64,000 bases of DNA from Ptychomitrium polyphyllum (lineage: Eukaryota), in the NCBI GenBank assembly GCA_973851085.1, contig OZ316775.1:10230001-10294000 (forward strand), in the 5' to 3' direction. The position numbers and the translations under genes are program-made. Positions 12,830-26,002 of this stretch are shown piece by piece (the first letter of the stretch is position 1; the number at the start of each line of letters is the position of its first letter). The notes beneath the pieces were generated by a model, which was not told the origin of the DNA, did no database searches, and worked only from the letters and a program-made list of their open reading frames with translations.

Positions 12830-13842
12830 ATGGAGCAAAGTTCAATGCCAAGAAATTTTGGCGTGACCACTCGCAGGCTGCGGTTTACAAGACCATCGAG
12901 CAGGAATGATCGAGAATGCACTACTGATTTGCATGAAGACAGTGGAGCTCCGGTCGTTGCGAGTAATCGCATCTTGCGTTCCTCGCATGCTAGAGTTTCT
13001 TCTTCTGTATCTTCTGCGAAAGAAGGTCCGAAGTCCTCCTTGGAGATCTACAAGGACCACATTTCTGAAATCGTCGCGATTTCTCGAAGTGGGGTGGATG
13101 AGTCTGGGCAAGACTGCTTATCCTCTGAGTTGCGGAAAGAGACAATAGGCACAGACACGGAAAAGTCGCAGCAAGGCCTCGGTAAGGATGACCGGGGTAA
13201 AGAGAATGTGGACCCTCTTGGCGATTGCGGTGGCACGTCGAGTGGCAGCCCCCTGCCTGAATGGTTCCCCAGAAAACCCCTGCAGGACATTACAAATGTG
13301 CTTGCCGCTGAATTGGTTAGATCTCCTGATTTGTACATTCCAGATTTTCTCCGTGGTTCATTTTATATTTCCAATGCGATGTTACATGCCTCGTTATGTC
13401 CGCATCACTAGTACATGTCTAGATTTGTTCGGAGTGATGCTTTACATTCCAATTTTTCAGAATGCCGTCCATAACTTGTCGTAGTCAATCTGAGATTGAA
13501 ACGATGTATATTAGGTGATGAAATCGAGGTAACGGTATCATCCGGGGTTGGTCATCCTCGTTGGAAATGGCCTGAATGTAACATTTAATCTTCCTTCCTC
13601 CCTTCAGTTGGATGTCCTGGATGATTAAGCTGAGTGTGCCATGTGTTTTTTCTCAGGGCGAAGACCAACAACCACAGCCGAAGAAGAAGCTGAAGAAGAA
13701 GGTGGGCGCTGCAGCGGCTCCGTCGTTCCCATCACTTACTGAGACTCCAACAAGAAGGAAAGATTCAACTCTTACTCAGCCGAAGTGCTCTAGTTTTGCA
13801 ACCCCGAAGCAGTTCTCCAATCTCGGGAAGAACTTCAGATAA
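12830..13842 (+). CDS. UVI4/OSD1(GIG1)/POLYCHOME-like APC/C inhibitor, about 223 aa
   Basis: Exons 12830-13315 and 13657-13842 (phase 0, GT-AG). KEN box GKENVDP. LPEWFPRKPLQDITN matches the family motif LPxWYPRTPLRDIT and contains an RxxLxxxxN D-box. C-terminus is ...GKNFR*. Confidence 0.72.
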
Positions 13843-16184
13843 TCTTCACTTGTGAAGGAGCTCATTCATTGTATCTTTTACACATTCAAAAACCAATTGA
13901 ATAGTGTGTAAATGTTCACTAAATTCAGTTTGATGTTAGGGTGATGATGATCATGGTCCATGCCTTTAATACCTTCCCGTGAGTCTAGAAGTCTAGTCTG
14001 TTGTGTTTATGCATCTTGAGAAGTTCCTTTCACACAGGGCTTCTGCAAGGCATATTTTTTGTACCCATGAACTTGCATCCCAGGATACATTGGGACTCAG
14101 AGATTTCAGTTTGTAAATAATAAATCGCCAAGTTCTTGTTGAATCATTTCCAGTGGGTCCATGTCATTATTATTTCATCCAACCGACCGAATGCAAGTAT
14201 CTGTACTGTTTCTGGACTCTTTTATCACCTGGCGTGCACGATGCTGGATAGATTCTGTTATATCTATTGCTCAGACAAAGAAATCTGAGAGAAACTGATT
14301 TTAACCCAACTTTGTGAATTGCAAAGCGGCAATCAATGAAATACATCTAGGTAAAGTAGCATAAGTCAGCCTCACTACTAGTCGACATGAGGGCTACATG
14401 TAATCACGAATAAATCATACATTTGAAGGCCCTCTTGAGACTAGAAGTGTACACCACCATTGACCAAGAACCTTATTAGAGGTATAAAACCAACAGATCC
14501 GCAGATATTTCCTTAAATGTTTCGCAGATGTTCTTATTATACCACAGTCGATTTGCAAATATACGTCACCAAAGTGATTGACAGCCACGATTGGTCGTAG
14601 AAAATTGTAATTATCAGCGACTGGCATTTCATGGAGTATGTACCTTCACTGTTCCTTTAATGGAGTTCCTAACCAATATATTTTGTTATCATGATGCACA
14701 GTGGATGAAGTGAAATTCTTTGTGCTTCTGGTCAAAACAATAAGAATGTTCTTGTAAGAAATTGATGATACTGAATGTGACATTCTACTGTAAGAATGAG
14801 GTTAAAGATGATCGAGGGCTCACTTAGACTTGATAAGTTGATATACTGACATGGAATATGCCTAGTGGAAGTTACCCATACATGCTGAACGGAAGTGTTG
14901 CCTCTCGATTGCGAGGTGCGACTCCAAAGCATCTTGGTATACTTCTGTATATAATTGTCTGAACTCTTGGTTTTAGAAAATTATGCCCTCATAAGAGTTC
15001 CTCCTCCAACAATCAATTCCCTGGCATTTAGCAATGACACATCAGTCTATGACTAGTCATCGTCTACAGCGTCAAACTGTTGCCATGGAGACAAAGCGCT
15101 GCCATACCCTGTTTTTTCAACACAATTTGGGAGAAAATTTTCTTATGAACCATATAATCAGTTTTCGTTCATGCGAGGTATAAATCTACTATTGAAACGA
15201 GAGGGTGCAGAATCAGCCCTTGAAAAGAGTGAGATTGTTCGCAGACACAACTTTATTATACTTGTAGGTGCTGTATGCTGTGCTACAGAATCAAAGACCT
15301 CATCTCACTTTTCAGCTTATGTACAATTCGGAACAATGGGGTGAAGATTGGTGAAGGATGCTTAAATATGTTTCAGGACGTTATGTGCAGGCACCTCAAT
15401 TGTAGAAGCTCTGTCAAGGGTCGTGAAACATATCACCTAGTTCGTAGTTCAGGTTTCCTTCCCTTATCCTGTCACGTGAGGGCCACGAGCCAGTGATCGC
15501 ATTAGACCTCTATAAACATGAATTGAAAGCGCATTGACCACAAAATCCCAGGGCCAAAATTAGAACATGCCGAAAAACAAAACTCCCGAGTTCTTATTGT
15601 GTCACAGAAAAGTACCATCGGATGCAGCATAACTTCAATGTATTACAGGCTTTGTACAAGTTGGCTCCTGAAGGTACATGAACTGAGTGTCGAAATAGGA
15701 CTCAGAAGCTGCTTCCTCTAAAAATCTCTAATTTTTCCATGCACCAGCTCAAATCATCCTTCAGACGGACTGTGTCAAAAAATTAAAGAGCCTCTCAACC
15801 TGCACAGAATGGCATCGTTCATAAACATTAAAAGTAAAGCTGATTTCACTTGAATACATATTTGTGTTGGATGTTTGCAAATTAGTCGAGTTGATGTCAT
15901 TCCTTCTGGTCTCACATTGTCGAATATCCATATAGTCCCCCATAATTTTGTTAAGCTTTAAAAGGTTAGAATTACAATGTGTGTTATTTGCCCTGACTTT
16001 GCGACTCACTGAGGCTCAGTTCGAACTTATGATAATTTCCAAAAAAAAATTTAGTTAGCGAGGACAGAATATGCAATTGGAGAGCCGATTAAACTAGAAG
16101 GTCGATGTGAGTCCTTTGGATTTCTGTTTGTCACGAACTATGCTCCGAGGTTGTCAAGATGCAGTAACTGCAAATCGTATCAAC

Positions 16185-16286
16185 ATGCCATATTCGTTAA
16201 ATTAGCCAATCCCATTATTTTCATTGAGTAACCACATTTGCAGCGGTCCAAAAAACGGAGATTGGCCAATTTAACGAATATAGCAT
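16185..16286. mobile_element. 102-bp MITE-like inverted-repeat element
   Basis: 27-bp terminal inverted repeats (16185-16211 / 16260-16286, 2 mismatches), flanked on both sides by TCAAC (16180-16184, 16287-16291). Confidence 0.6.
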
Positions 16287-16908
16287 TCAACTTAGTTCGC
16301 GTGAAACAACATTATCCTATTTTATCAAACGTACAGGTGGATATAGTCCGTGCTTAGGGAAGATATTACTGCAGAAGCAGAAATTAGATTTTGCTATGAT
16401 CCAATCTCGTTTAGCACGAGATTACGGAATGATCCTGAGCGTGTGTGGAGAAGACTGGCACTTCCTCTTCCGGTTTCTGCCTTCCGAGGAAGCTTACATG
16501 GCCAACTCACGTTGCACCGTTGATTGGATTTAGTGGACGCATGGCTTATGAGGGCACATCTCACAAATGGACAAGTTGACCCACATGAGGCAACGCCCTT
16601 TCAATTCTAGACGGGCCAAGGCTAGGCCAAGGATCCAAAGTTCCACTGAACGACGAGTCTCAGTTGCAAAGCGGGTCAGCGTACACTTGCATGCAAGCAT
16701 CAGTGCCATGAGTGACGACAAGAGATGGGTTTTAGATCGGCCCCGAGTGTGCTAGAGTGTGCTTGTATTTACCTTATTGTTCTGGGATGTTAGATTGACT
16801 GGGAGAAGATTATAAAGCGGGAGTGAATCTTCACGAGGGGATTCCATTCTCTACATCACTACAGACAGTGGAGGCCTTCTGAAGCTGGTCTCGAGCTAGT
16901 TGATCATA

Positions 16909-18236
16909 ATGGTGAGCTTCAGGAAAGCGGTCGTAGCTCTGTTGCTCTTGCAGACAGTGAGCGTGGTATTGGGATGTTACGATACTTCTATTGAAGGCAG
17001 ATGGTTGGCTGAAGCAGGTGACTATTTTGAAGTAAAATTTCGGAGCTTTGTTTTTGGCACCGTTTAGTTGTGGGAATTGACACGACATTGCTATATATTC
17101 AGGTTCAATAATTTGGTTCTGGAGTGAAGTACTATCCTATCAATTAATCATGAAATCTTCGTTAAACATTTCAATTACGATGCCACAGAATTGAAGAGGT
17201 TTATGTTTACATTTTGATGCTGTAGTGTGCTGTTAATTTAATGTGATATTCGCAGCGTGACAATCGTGATTATAGGGGTCAACACATGGAGTCTGTTTGT
17301 TACATTTGATTAAAGTCTGATGAAGCAGTGGGTGCGTATATGTGTTGGTGGCTTTGTAGTGGACTGGGACTACACTGATGGTAACCACGGGCCAGCCCAT
17401 TGGCACGAACTGACACCACAGTGGAGTGTGTGCAAGACAGGCCACCAACAATCGCCCATCCACATCACCGCTGGTGACATGGTCACGGACAACAGTTTAG
17501 GCAAGCTCAAAGCCCGTTACAAAGCCAAGAAAAATGCTACCATCGTTAATGATGGTCATGCTGTGGTGGTGAATTTGCCTCCCAAGTCCGGAGTTTTGAA
17601 GATTAACGGCGTCATATACCGACCTGCCCAATTCCATTTCCACATGCCTAGTGAACATCATGTCATGAATCAGAGGTAGTACTTCGGAAAACCAAAACTC
17701 GAACACCAAAAATCCCAGCTTGGTTATGTTTTTCTTCAGGACCTGGTCAAATTAGTGTGTATGAAATTTGTCTAACATCACAGTTGGATTTGCTTGGCCA
17801 GCTTTCCTCTGGAAATGCACCTGGTGCACAGATCTGAAGATGGGAGGATTGCTGTCACTGGCTTCCTCTTTATTGAGGGAGAGGAAAGTGAATTCTTGGC
17901 TCAGGCAAGTTGATTACTCACTCTGAACTCTCATACTTGGATGTTTGTGAGCATGACATCTGTTCAAATTGAGATATTTTCTATGTAGAGTTTGGGAAAT
18001 TAAAGCTCGTGTACCAGTGGACTAGCTCGCGTGAGTTTAAATTAGTTATTTCTGATTTAGTGTGGTTAATTTCGCAGTTTGCGAGCAAGCTGCCGTGGTA
18101 CAAGGAAGCACATGTGATGCACAACGTTGGAAAGTTTGATTTCTTGAAGCCGGACCGTGACTATGGCCGTTACATGGGCTCTCTCACAACCCCACCTTGC
18201 GCTGAGAATGTCACTTGGACCATCATGTTGTGGAAC
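16909..18236 (+). CDS. Secreted alpha-carbonic anhydrase (final coding exon not located)
   Basis: Exons 16909-17017 (signal-peptide-like MVSFRKAVVALLLLQTVSVVLG), 17360-17675, 17802-17904 (GC donor), 18078-18236. Motifs QSPIHI, QFHFHMPSEH, EMHLVH (three Zn-binding His) and YMGSLTTPPCAENVTW. Confidence 0.88.
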
Positions 18237-19868
18237 GTAAGTTGCGCCAGCATTTTCTTAGTCAAAACGTTCAAGTTACTGTGTAAAATTTAGAGTTAGA
18301 CTTGTGAGTTTTCTCCAATGTGAAGACATCCTTTCTGGCCTGCTCATGAACATGGATAGGTCAATATTTCATGTTTTTTCAATCATCTACGGGGCTGTAA
18401 AAACTAATACTGTACCTCGACGTTGACCCTCACGGATTAGGCAGATCAGTCACGAGATTAGTCACTGTCGGCCTTGTCACGGATGAACTGAAGCGCACAC
18501 AGTGTTAGAGGAAATATCTTGGCAGAATTTACTGTCCACATATGAGATCAGTAAAACGCATAAGTTCGTTATACTTAATCCTCGTCTGGGGCAACAGTTT
18601 GTAGAACTCACGTTTCAAACTGGTTCCGAGACAAACTCAAGACGCAATATGAGTAACGATTGATTGAATCATTGTGCTTGCCATAAACTTCCAAAAATAC
18701 TACGGTTGATTTCTATCCTTCCCAGTGTTTATTGTAGTCCATGATTGCATAAATTGTAGAGATAGTTAGCTTTAGCACATACTCTGAAGAATCAAACCAC
18801 GAAGATTAGCATCGATAGAATCACAGATTAAAGCTGCCAGCGACTCATGTCCGTGCAAAAATGAATCAAAGCATCCTGGCATAATCAGGTACGGTGAGTA
18901 ACCCGAAATGGTCAGAAATTATCCGGAATTAAACTCTGTTGGTTTTTACGAATCATGTGTAAAGCTAACCTTTTCTGAGCCTGCAGCCATGAGTTCTGCG
19001 TTCTGGGCCACACTAGATTGGCTACATAAATATACACTTTCAAATTCCACGCTGTACATGAATTAGTATGTTTGAGTATAAAATGGGAAGTACATACGGT
19101 TACCGTATGTGGGAAGAAGAGAAGGTTGCCATGGAAGCAGCACACAGAATTGCACACAGAATTGCACACAGGAATCATGAGATTATTTAGCTGCATGACC
19201 CTGCACCATGACCAACAGTAGGGCTCCACTTTTTCAAGTGGTAAAATTTGCTATACATTGTTGACATTGGAGTATTTAGAGCAAATGCTTCATTTAAAAA
19301 AATTATAGTAAAGTCATGTGGCTTAAGAAAGAATATGATCCAAGATGCACAATACCAAGTTGAAATTTAACAGGATGCATATTAAATCTTGTTAAATTAT
19401 TTGTTAAAATAGTAAGTTTTACTTTGTTTTCAAATTTTGATATATAAACAAAGTACTGAAAATAATTTGAAATGAAGGTGGTACAAAGATTGGGTTTAAA
19501 TAATTTCATCCTCACTCCAATAATGTTCAAAAATCATTTTAAAAAACATAACATAATTTTTTTGTATTATTTTTTTAATTAAAAAATAAAAAACTCATCC
19601 TATAATATTGAGTATTTATTGTACAATAATGTAAAATTTTTAAAAAAATTCTTTGGAATTTATGCATTAAATTTTTTAAAATGATTCAACAACATTAAAT
19701 ACACCATTTTGAATTATAAATTTTATAAAAATATGCTATGAATATAACAAAGAATATGATAAGAATTTGATATGAGATATGAAAATTTGATATTTGAGTA
19801 TAAGTTTCACCTTTTTTTATAGCTTTAATTACTGTCAAACTATATTAATTAAAAAAATTGATTTAAAT

Positions 19869-20280
19869 TATTAATGACGCTAAAAACAAGAAATAAGATA
19901 CAAATTGCTTCTTAAGAATTAACTTCCAAAGAACTAATGATTAACAAGAATTGATACAAAAATAAAAACAAAGATACTACAATATGATCCACAATTTGTA
20001 TTTGCAAGACTAAGGTATACCTTGTCTTACCTCTTATTTATGTTATGATGTTTGTATTTCTAAAATACTTTTAAAGAAACTTCCTTCAAAACTTAAATTT
20101 TTTTTAAGCCAATAGAATTTTTCTAAGAAGTTTCCTAAGGATTCGGAACCTTTGTAAGAAGCTTTCTGAGGAGGTGTAATGGCTATAGAAGCATTGAGAA
20201 TATTCTAAGAAGCAATTACAATGTACCAAAAGGTTCTACAAGGTTCTAAAGCCTATATTGCATAATCTATATCCGTGACA
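19869..20280 (-). repeat. 3' LTR of the gypsy element
   Basis: Begins TGTCACGG on the minus strand right after the PPT. Aligns by eye along its length to the solo LTR at 47404-47974. The terminal TG has decayed to TA at 19869. Confidence 0.8.
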
Positions 20281-22010
20281 TCACTTCTTCTTCTAGCAAC
20301 AAATTCTATGAAGAGCTCTTATTGTGGCTTGCTTGTCACATCTCTACAAGTTCCAAAATTTTGTCAAAGAAGATAAGCAATATATTTTGCTTATTATTCT
20401 TGCCCATTGGTTCAACTCGTCCTTACAAAAAGCGCCAATGACCTCCAAGCAAGACTTTTGTTGTTGAAATGTCCTAATTCAAGATTTTATCTTGATTAAG
20501 TCCTTCTAAACATCCTTCAAATTGGATCTCGAATCCTCTAAGAGTGACTCTTCTAACTTTTAACAAGAGGACTAGAGCTTGAACATCTAAATCAAGAGTG
20601 GAATATGAAAGACCATGGCCAATACTTCTACACGGGATTGTACTCAATATTGAACTACCTCTCTCATATCTCGACTTAGATCCTCTAATACTAAAGGTTG
20701 AAAAATTTGAGTTGATTCAATAGGAATTGCTGTTGAAGAAGGCACGGCCAACTATTTTTCACGCATATCTATAATAATACAAAGATTTGACATACTAGCT
20801 AGGATCTAGAAATGATCTATTTTGGAAATAATGTTGCATACAATTGAAAGTTTGAATATCTTTGCCTTCTTTTTATACTTGCCTATGGAAAAATCTACTC
20901 CGTGAAGCTAACAGGTATTAATTTATCATATTATGTCATAAATTACTTGGTTTCTAAGGATATCTTTGATGAAATTTGTATACCTTATTAGATGCATTTG
21001 TTATGTTCCATATTTGGTCATTGATGCCATATTCTTGCCAATATATAAGGTGCTCTACGCATCCATTCTTGATGCTTGAATCTAAGATCTCTTCAACTTC
21101 ATATTTCATTTCATTATTGATTTCCACCAAAAGAAGCGGAGGAACAACCTTCTCTGATATACATGACTTATTATAGGTTTCCAACAAAGATACGTGGAAT
21201 ATTGGATGAATTTGTATAGTTGGTGGTAGTTTTAGGCGATAAATAAGCAAATATATTTCTATGCTAATTTCAAACGGTCCTAGCCTTTTATTGTCCAGCT
21301 TCTTTGATGATTATTTTTTTTGTATGTTTTGTTGTAAGAGCCATATGGTATCTCCAACCTTAAACTTTGGATGGTCCTTTTGATAACAATCTGCATAAGT
21401 TTTGTAACAATCTTGAGCTTGTTATAACTCAAAAGGAAAATCCTGGTGGATTTTAGTAAGTTGAATTGCCAAATCCTCTGATGTAAGACTTCCAACATGC
21501 TTCACTTGGAATGGATCTGCTCAAGGATGATGGCCATAATTTGCAAAGAATGGACTTTGAATTCTTGAATAATGCATTGTATTGATGTAAGCAAACTCTA
21601 GTAAAAATAAGATATCCATCCAATTGTCTTGCTAGTAGTTTAGGCTGCAATGAAGGTACTGCTCCAAAATTTGATTCATAAGTTTGGTTTGACCATCACT
21701 ATGCGGATGGTGTGCTGAAGAAATATTGATCTTCACACACAACTCCAAAAGTTGGAAATGAACTCCAGCCCTTGATTGGATACAATATCATTTCCATGTT
21801 CATATATGCAATAGATGTAATTTAAGAACAACTTGGCAATTTCTTCTCTTGTTACCATCTAGTTGCATAAAATGAAATGCGCCATCTTGGTAAAGTAATC
21901 CACTACCACTAAAATAAAATCTATAGAATTAGATTTTGGAAGGTCCGTAGTAAAATCCATTGACAATGACAACCATGAATTATTTGGCGTTAGAAAAGAA
22001 TGGAAGAGAC

Positions 22011-22613
22011 TGTCATGGGCATAGATCATGCAACATAGTCCTTGAAACATTCTAGAACCTTTTAGTATACTAAAATAGCTTCTTAGAATACCATTAATGT
22101 CTCCATAGCCTTTCCATGTTCTTAAGAAATTTCCTAGGAAAGTTCTTCCGCCTTAAGAAAATTCTATCATCTTAAGTAACTACTTACAAAACTTCCTACA
22201 AAGATTCCATCATCTTAGGAAACTTCCTAGGAAGGTTTTACGTCTTTAGGAAACTTCCTAAGAAGATTCTGCTACCTTAGGAAATTTCCAAGGAAGGTTC
22301 AAACTCTTTTGAAGCTTTTTATGAAGGTTCCAATATCTTAGGAAACTTCTTGGAAAGATTCCCTAGACTTCCAGAATATTCTTAAGCCTTGTAGGAAGCT
22401 TCTTTAAAAGTATCCTAAAAGATACAAACATCATAGTATAAATGGGAGGCAAGACAAGGTATTCCTTAGTCTTGCCAATACAAGTTGTGGATCATCTTGA
22501 ATCTTGCCTTGTTCTAGTCTTTGTATCAAGTTCTTGTTAATTGTTATTTCCTTGGAAGCTAATTCTTTGGGAAACACTTCGTTTCTGCTTCTTGTTTTTT
22601 TGTGTCCCTAACA
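22011..22613 (+). mobile_element. Nested solo LTR of the same gypsy family, in opposite orientation inside the host integrase
   Basis: TGTCATGG...TCCCTAACA termini; TSD GAGAC (22006-22010) / AAGAC (22614-22618). Homologous to the reverse complement of 47404-47974. Confidence 0.88.
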
Positions 22614-25600
22614 AAGACTATAAAGTTGGTGTCTTAGTACATTTGTCTTTGCGCAAATGTTGCATGATCAAATAAAATCCTTCATATATTTTCACATATG
22701 TAGCTGTTAATAATGCCTGGCAATTAACTCCATTGTCTATTGAATCCAAAATGCCATGCTGTTAAAAAATCATGACGTGCTTGATGGATCTTCAATTGTA
22801 AAATTCTTGAATGTAGGTATAAAGTTCTTTATAATAAAGTAGGCCTTCTTGTAATTCAAAGTCGTCATCACTATTTGAAGGATTTCCATTATCTTTGAAG
22901 CGCATCTTCATATTTAAAACAAAGACATCATCATTCAAAGTCATTTGAATTTTGTCAAAATGAGATGTTATGTTAATAATTGTTGCTTTCAATTGAAGAT
23001 TCTGTGGATTCAATAAAATAATCTTTTATTAATTCAAAATATCATCTCCATATTGAAGAGTAAAATAAAATCTTTAAAATAAGGCATCTGGCTTATTGTA
23101 TAGGCTGCCAAGTTAATAAAAAATGAAAAAATCAAATTCAGAAAGCGACATACTCTACCTTGTTTAACGGCAATTTAAAACATGTGCACTCAAGAAATAC
23201 TCCAAGTTCTTGTAGACTATGTATATCATGATAGTATATTGAACTCTTTCCAATAAATGTTGCCATTCTTCAAACGCATTTATAATTGTAAGCAATTCCT
23301 TATCACATATATCATATTTAATCTTTATTGTTGAGAACTTCCTTGAATAAAAAGTAATAAGGTAGAATTTTTCGTTCTTGTCATATTGTAAGAATACTAA
23401 AGCAAAGATCAAAATTTGAAGCATCCGCTTCCAAATAGAAAGGCTTTAATGAATTTAGATGAATAAAGATTGAAGTTGACGTGAATGACTTCTTAAGACC
23501 TTAAAATGCTTTTTTGTATCCTCATTCCAAGTGAATTTTTGGTTCCTCGTAAGTCACTTCAATAGTGTTGCAACCTTGGAATGATCCTTGATAAATATCT
23601 TGTAGAAGTTTGCAAATTCCAAAAAGCATTAAACATCTCAAATTGATCTTGGCGTACTCTACTCCATGACAGTGCTTATTTTCTTCTCATCTATATGGAT
23701 TCCTCTTTGGGAGATGATGTAGCATACAAATTCAATTGAGGATTCATAAGAAAAAGACTTCTCCAATTTGGCATATAATCCTCGCTAGCGTAGTTTTCCT
23801 AAGATTAGTTGTACATGACATTCATGGTTTTGTTCATCCTTTGAATATATCAAAATGTCATCTAGATAGATAACTATAAAATCATCCAAATGTTCATGGA
23901 AGATGTCATTCATCATGTATTAGAAGATTGCAGGGACATTAGTAAGGCCAAAAAGCATGATATTGTATTCAAAATGGCCATACCTAGATCAAAAGGTTCC
24001 CTTCTATTTGTCTCGTTCTTTGATGTGTATAAGATTGTAGGCTCTTCTAAGATCAATCTTGGTGAATATCTTTGTTTGGTCCAGTTGTTGTAGGAGTCTT
24101 AAGATTAATAGTAATGGATAGCAATTCTTCTTGGTCACTTTTTTGAAGCCTCTATAGTCCACGCACATACGTAATGATCCATCATTCTTCTTTACAAATA
24201 GAATGGGTAATCTAGCAGGTGATTTAAAGTATTGAATGAAGCCTTTTCCAAAATTTTCATCAATATATTCTTTCAAGGCAGCCAACTCAGTTTGTATTAA
24301 ATTATAGATAGGTCCAAAAAGTGATTGGGCTCCTTCTTGCAACTCAATGGCACAATTGTAAGGCCGATATTTTGGTAATATATTTGCATTTTTCTTCTTG
24401 AAAACATCTTTATAATTTTGGTATTAATGAGGTATGCCCTGATTAGTCTCTGGTATAGAGCCAGACATTGGCTTTGCATAAATAGCATAGATTGATTTAT
24501 CTTTTGCCGCTCTCATGAATGCTTTAGCTTCAATAAATGATGGTCCAAGATTTCTCGTACCGTAACGTCTTTTCCTTGATACTATACTTTGTGAATGCTA
24601 ATTAATATCTGGATTATGTAATTCAAACCAAGGAACGCTCAAGACAATAAGATTTGTTCGGCACAGAATGATGTTGAAGACAATCTTAGATGTTTGGTCT
24701 CCTAAAATAACTTCCAAGGGTTGAGTTTCTTCAATAATATTGCTAGATGCAAAAGATTGTCCACTAATAATTTCAACAGGTGCAAGATGTTTTTGTTCAC
24801 AAGCACCATGTGGTGTTTGATCACAAAATCCTTGTCCATGAAGCATGTTGTTACACAAGTATCCAAAAAAAATTAGCAAATATTTCACCATTTGATAATT
24901 TGATTTTAATAAGAAATATAAAAGAAGAAGTAGGAGTTGGAGGCAATAAAAAACCTTAACTTGATAGTCATTTCTTTTGTGGTGTCCAATTGCAGAATCT
25001 GTATTATAATTAGACATCCTTGTTTTCCAATTCCACCATTGTACTTTGAATTTTGAAGGCAAATTTTTTAATTTGGCAATAGTACATCTTATGTTCAAAC
25101 TTGCCACAATACAAACATAGGTTTTTTCTTTGACGTCTTTTCTTTTCTTTTGGAGTCAAACGTCTAAATTTAATAGCAACAATTTGCATAGATTCTAGTT
25201 TTTGTAGTCAATTTTCCAATACTTTTGAAAAAGTGGTTGCCATATCCTGATGTACCAATTGCCATCCCAAATATTATTTTTTGCGCCTTTCAAATAGTCT
25301 ATTGTCACATACTATTATTTGAGTGATGAATTCATCCAACATTTCAACCTTTGGCATTGTGAGTAGCAAGTCCTTCATATTCTCTCTCAAATTCAATTGG
25401 AATCATGTAATCAAGGTCTTATTATTCCAATCAAGGTCGCAAGCTAGTTGTTGAAACTCTATAATATATATAGCAGCCAAGCGCTGTCCTTGTTGTAGAC
25501 TCTAGATCCTTGATTCAGCCACCTTTTCTCAACCAGTGTTTCCTAAAGTAGATGTTAATGCTTCCATGAAAGCATCTAAGTTGTTCAATAATGGTAAGTG

Positions 25601-25782
25601 CTTCTCCATTAATGGTGCAAACCACAATGCTGCATTCTTTGATAGAAGAGTAGCTACAATTCCACTTAAGTAGTGCCATCAAAATAGCAAGATTGATGCA
25701 AACTAAGGAAGAGCCTTATTTGTTGAAAAAAACCTCTCAACTTTGATCTTAATCCATCAAACTTGTTTGGCATATTAACCTT

Positions 25783-26002
25783 TCCAAGAAGTTTCCAAAA
25801 GAATTAGAACCTTCTTAAGAATTTTTCTGAAATAATAGAACTTTCTTAAGAAATTCTCCAATGAATTGGAAACTTTGTAAGAAGTTTAATAAGGAAGTGG
25901 AACGGTTATGGAAGCATTAAAAGTATTCCAAAAAACTACTACAATGTACCATAAGTTCTAAACAATTTTAAAGACTATGTTGTATGATTTATGTCTGTGA
26001 CA
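25783..26002 (-). repeat. Truncated 5' LTR of the gypsy element
   Basis: Starts TGTCACAGACATAAATCAT on the minus strand and joins gag sequence after only about 220 bp. Confidence 0.78.

Larger units (their letters stand above)
19869..26002 (-). mobile_element. Degenerate Ty3/gypsy chromovirus LTR retrotransposon
   Basis: Fragmented minus-strand ORFs run gag (KVNMPNKFDG, about 25780), protease, RT (ILFVKKNDGSLRMCVDYRG; FTKIDLRRAYNLI), RNase H (FYSRKF...YDICDKELLTII), integrase (WLSLSMDF...ILVVVDYFTKMAHF; IHPIFHVSLLE) and chromodomain (YEVEEILDS). A polypurine tract lies next to the 3' LTR at 20281-20294. Many stops and frameshifts. Confidence 0.93.

Noticed and set aside
18598..18663. Possible last exon of the carbonic anhydrase (FVELTFQTGSETNSRRN)
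   Set aside because: Only a vague resemblance to the N.RP.Q motif; not convincing.
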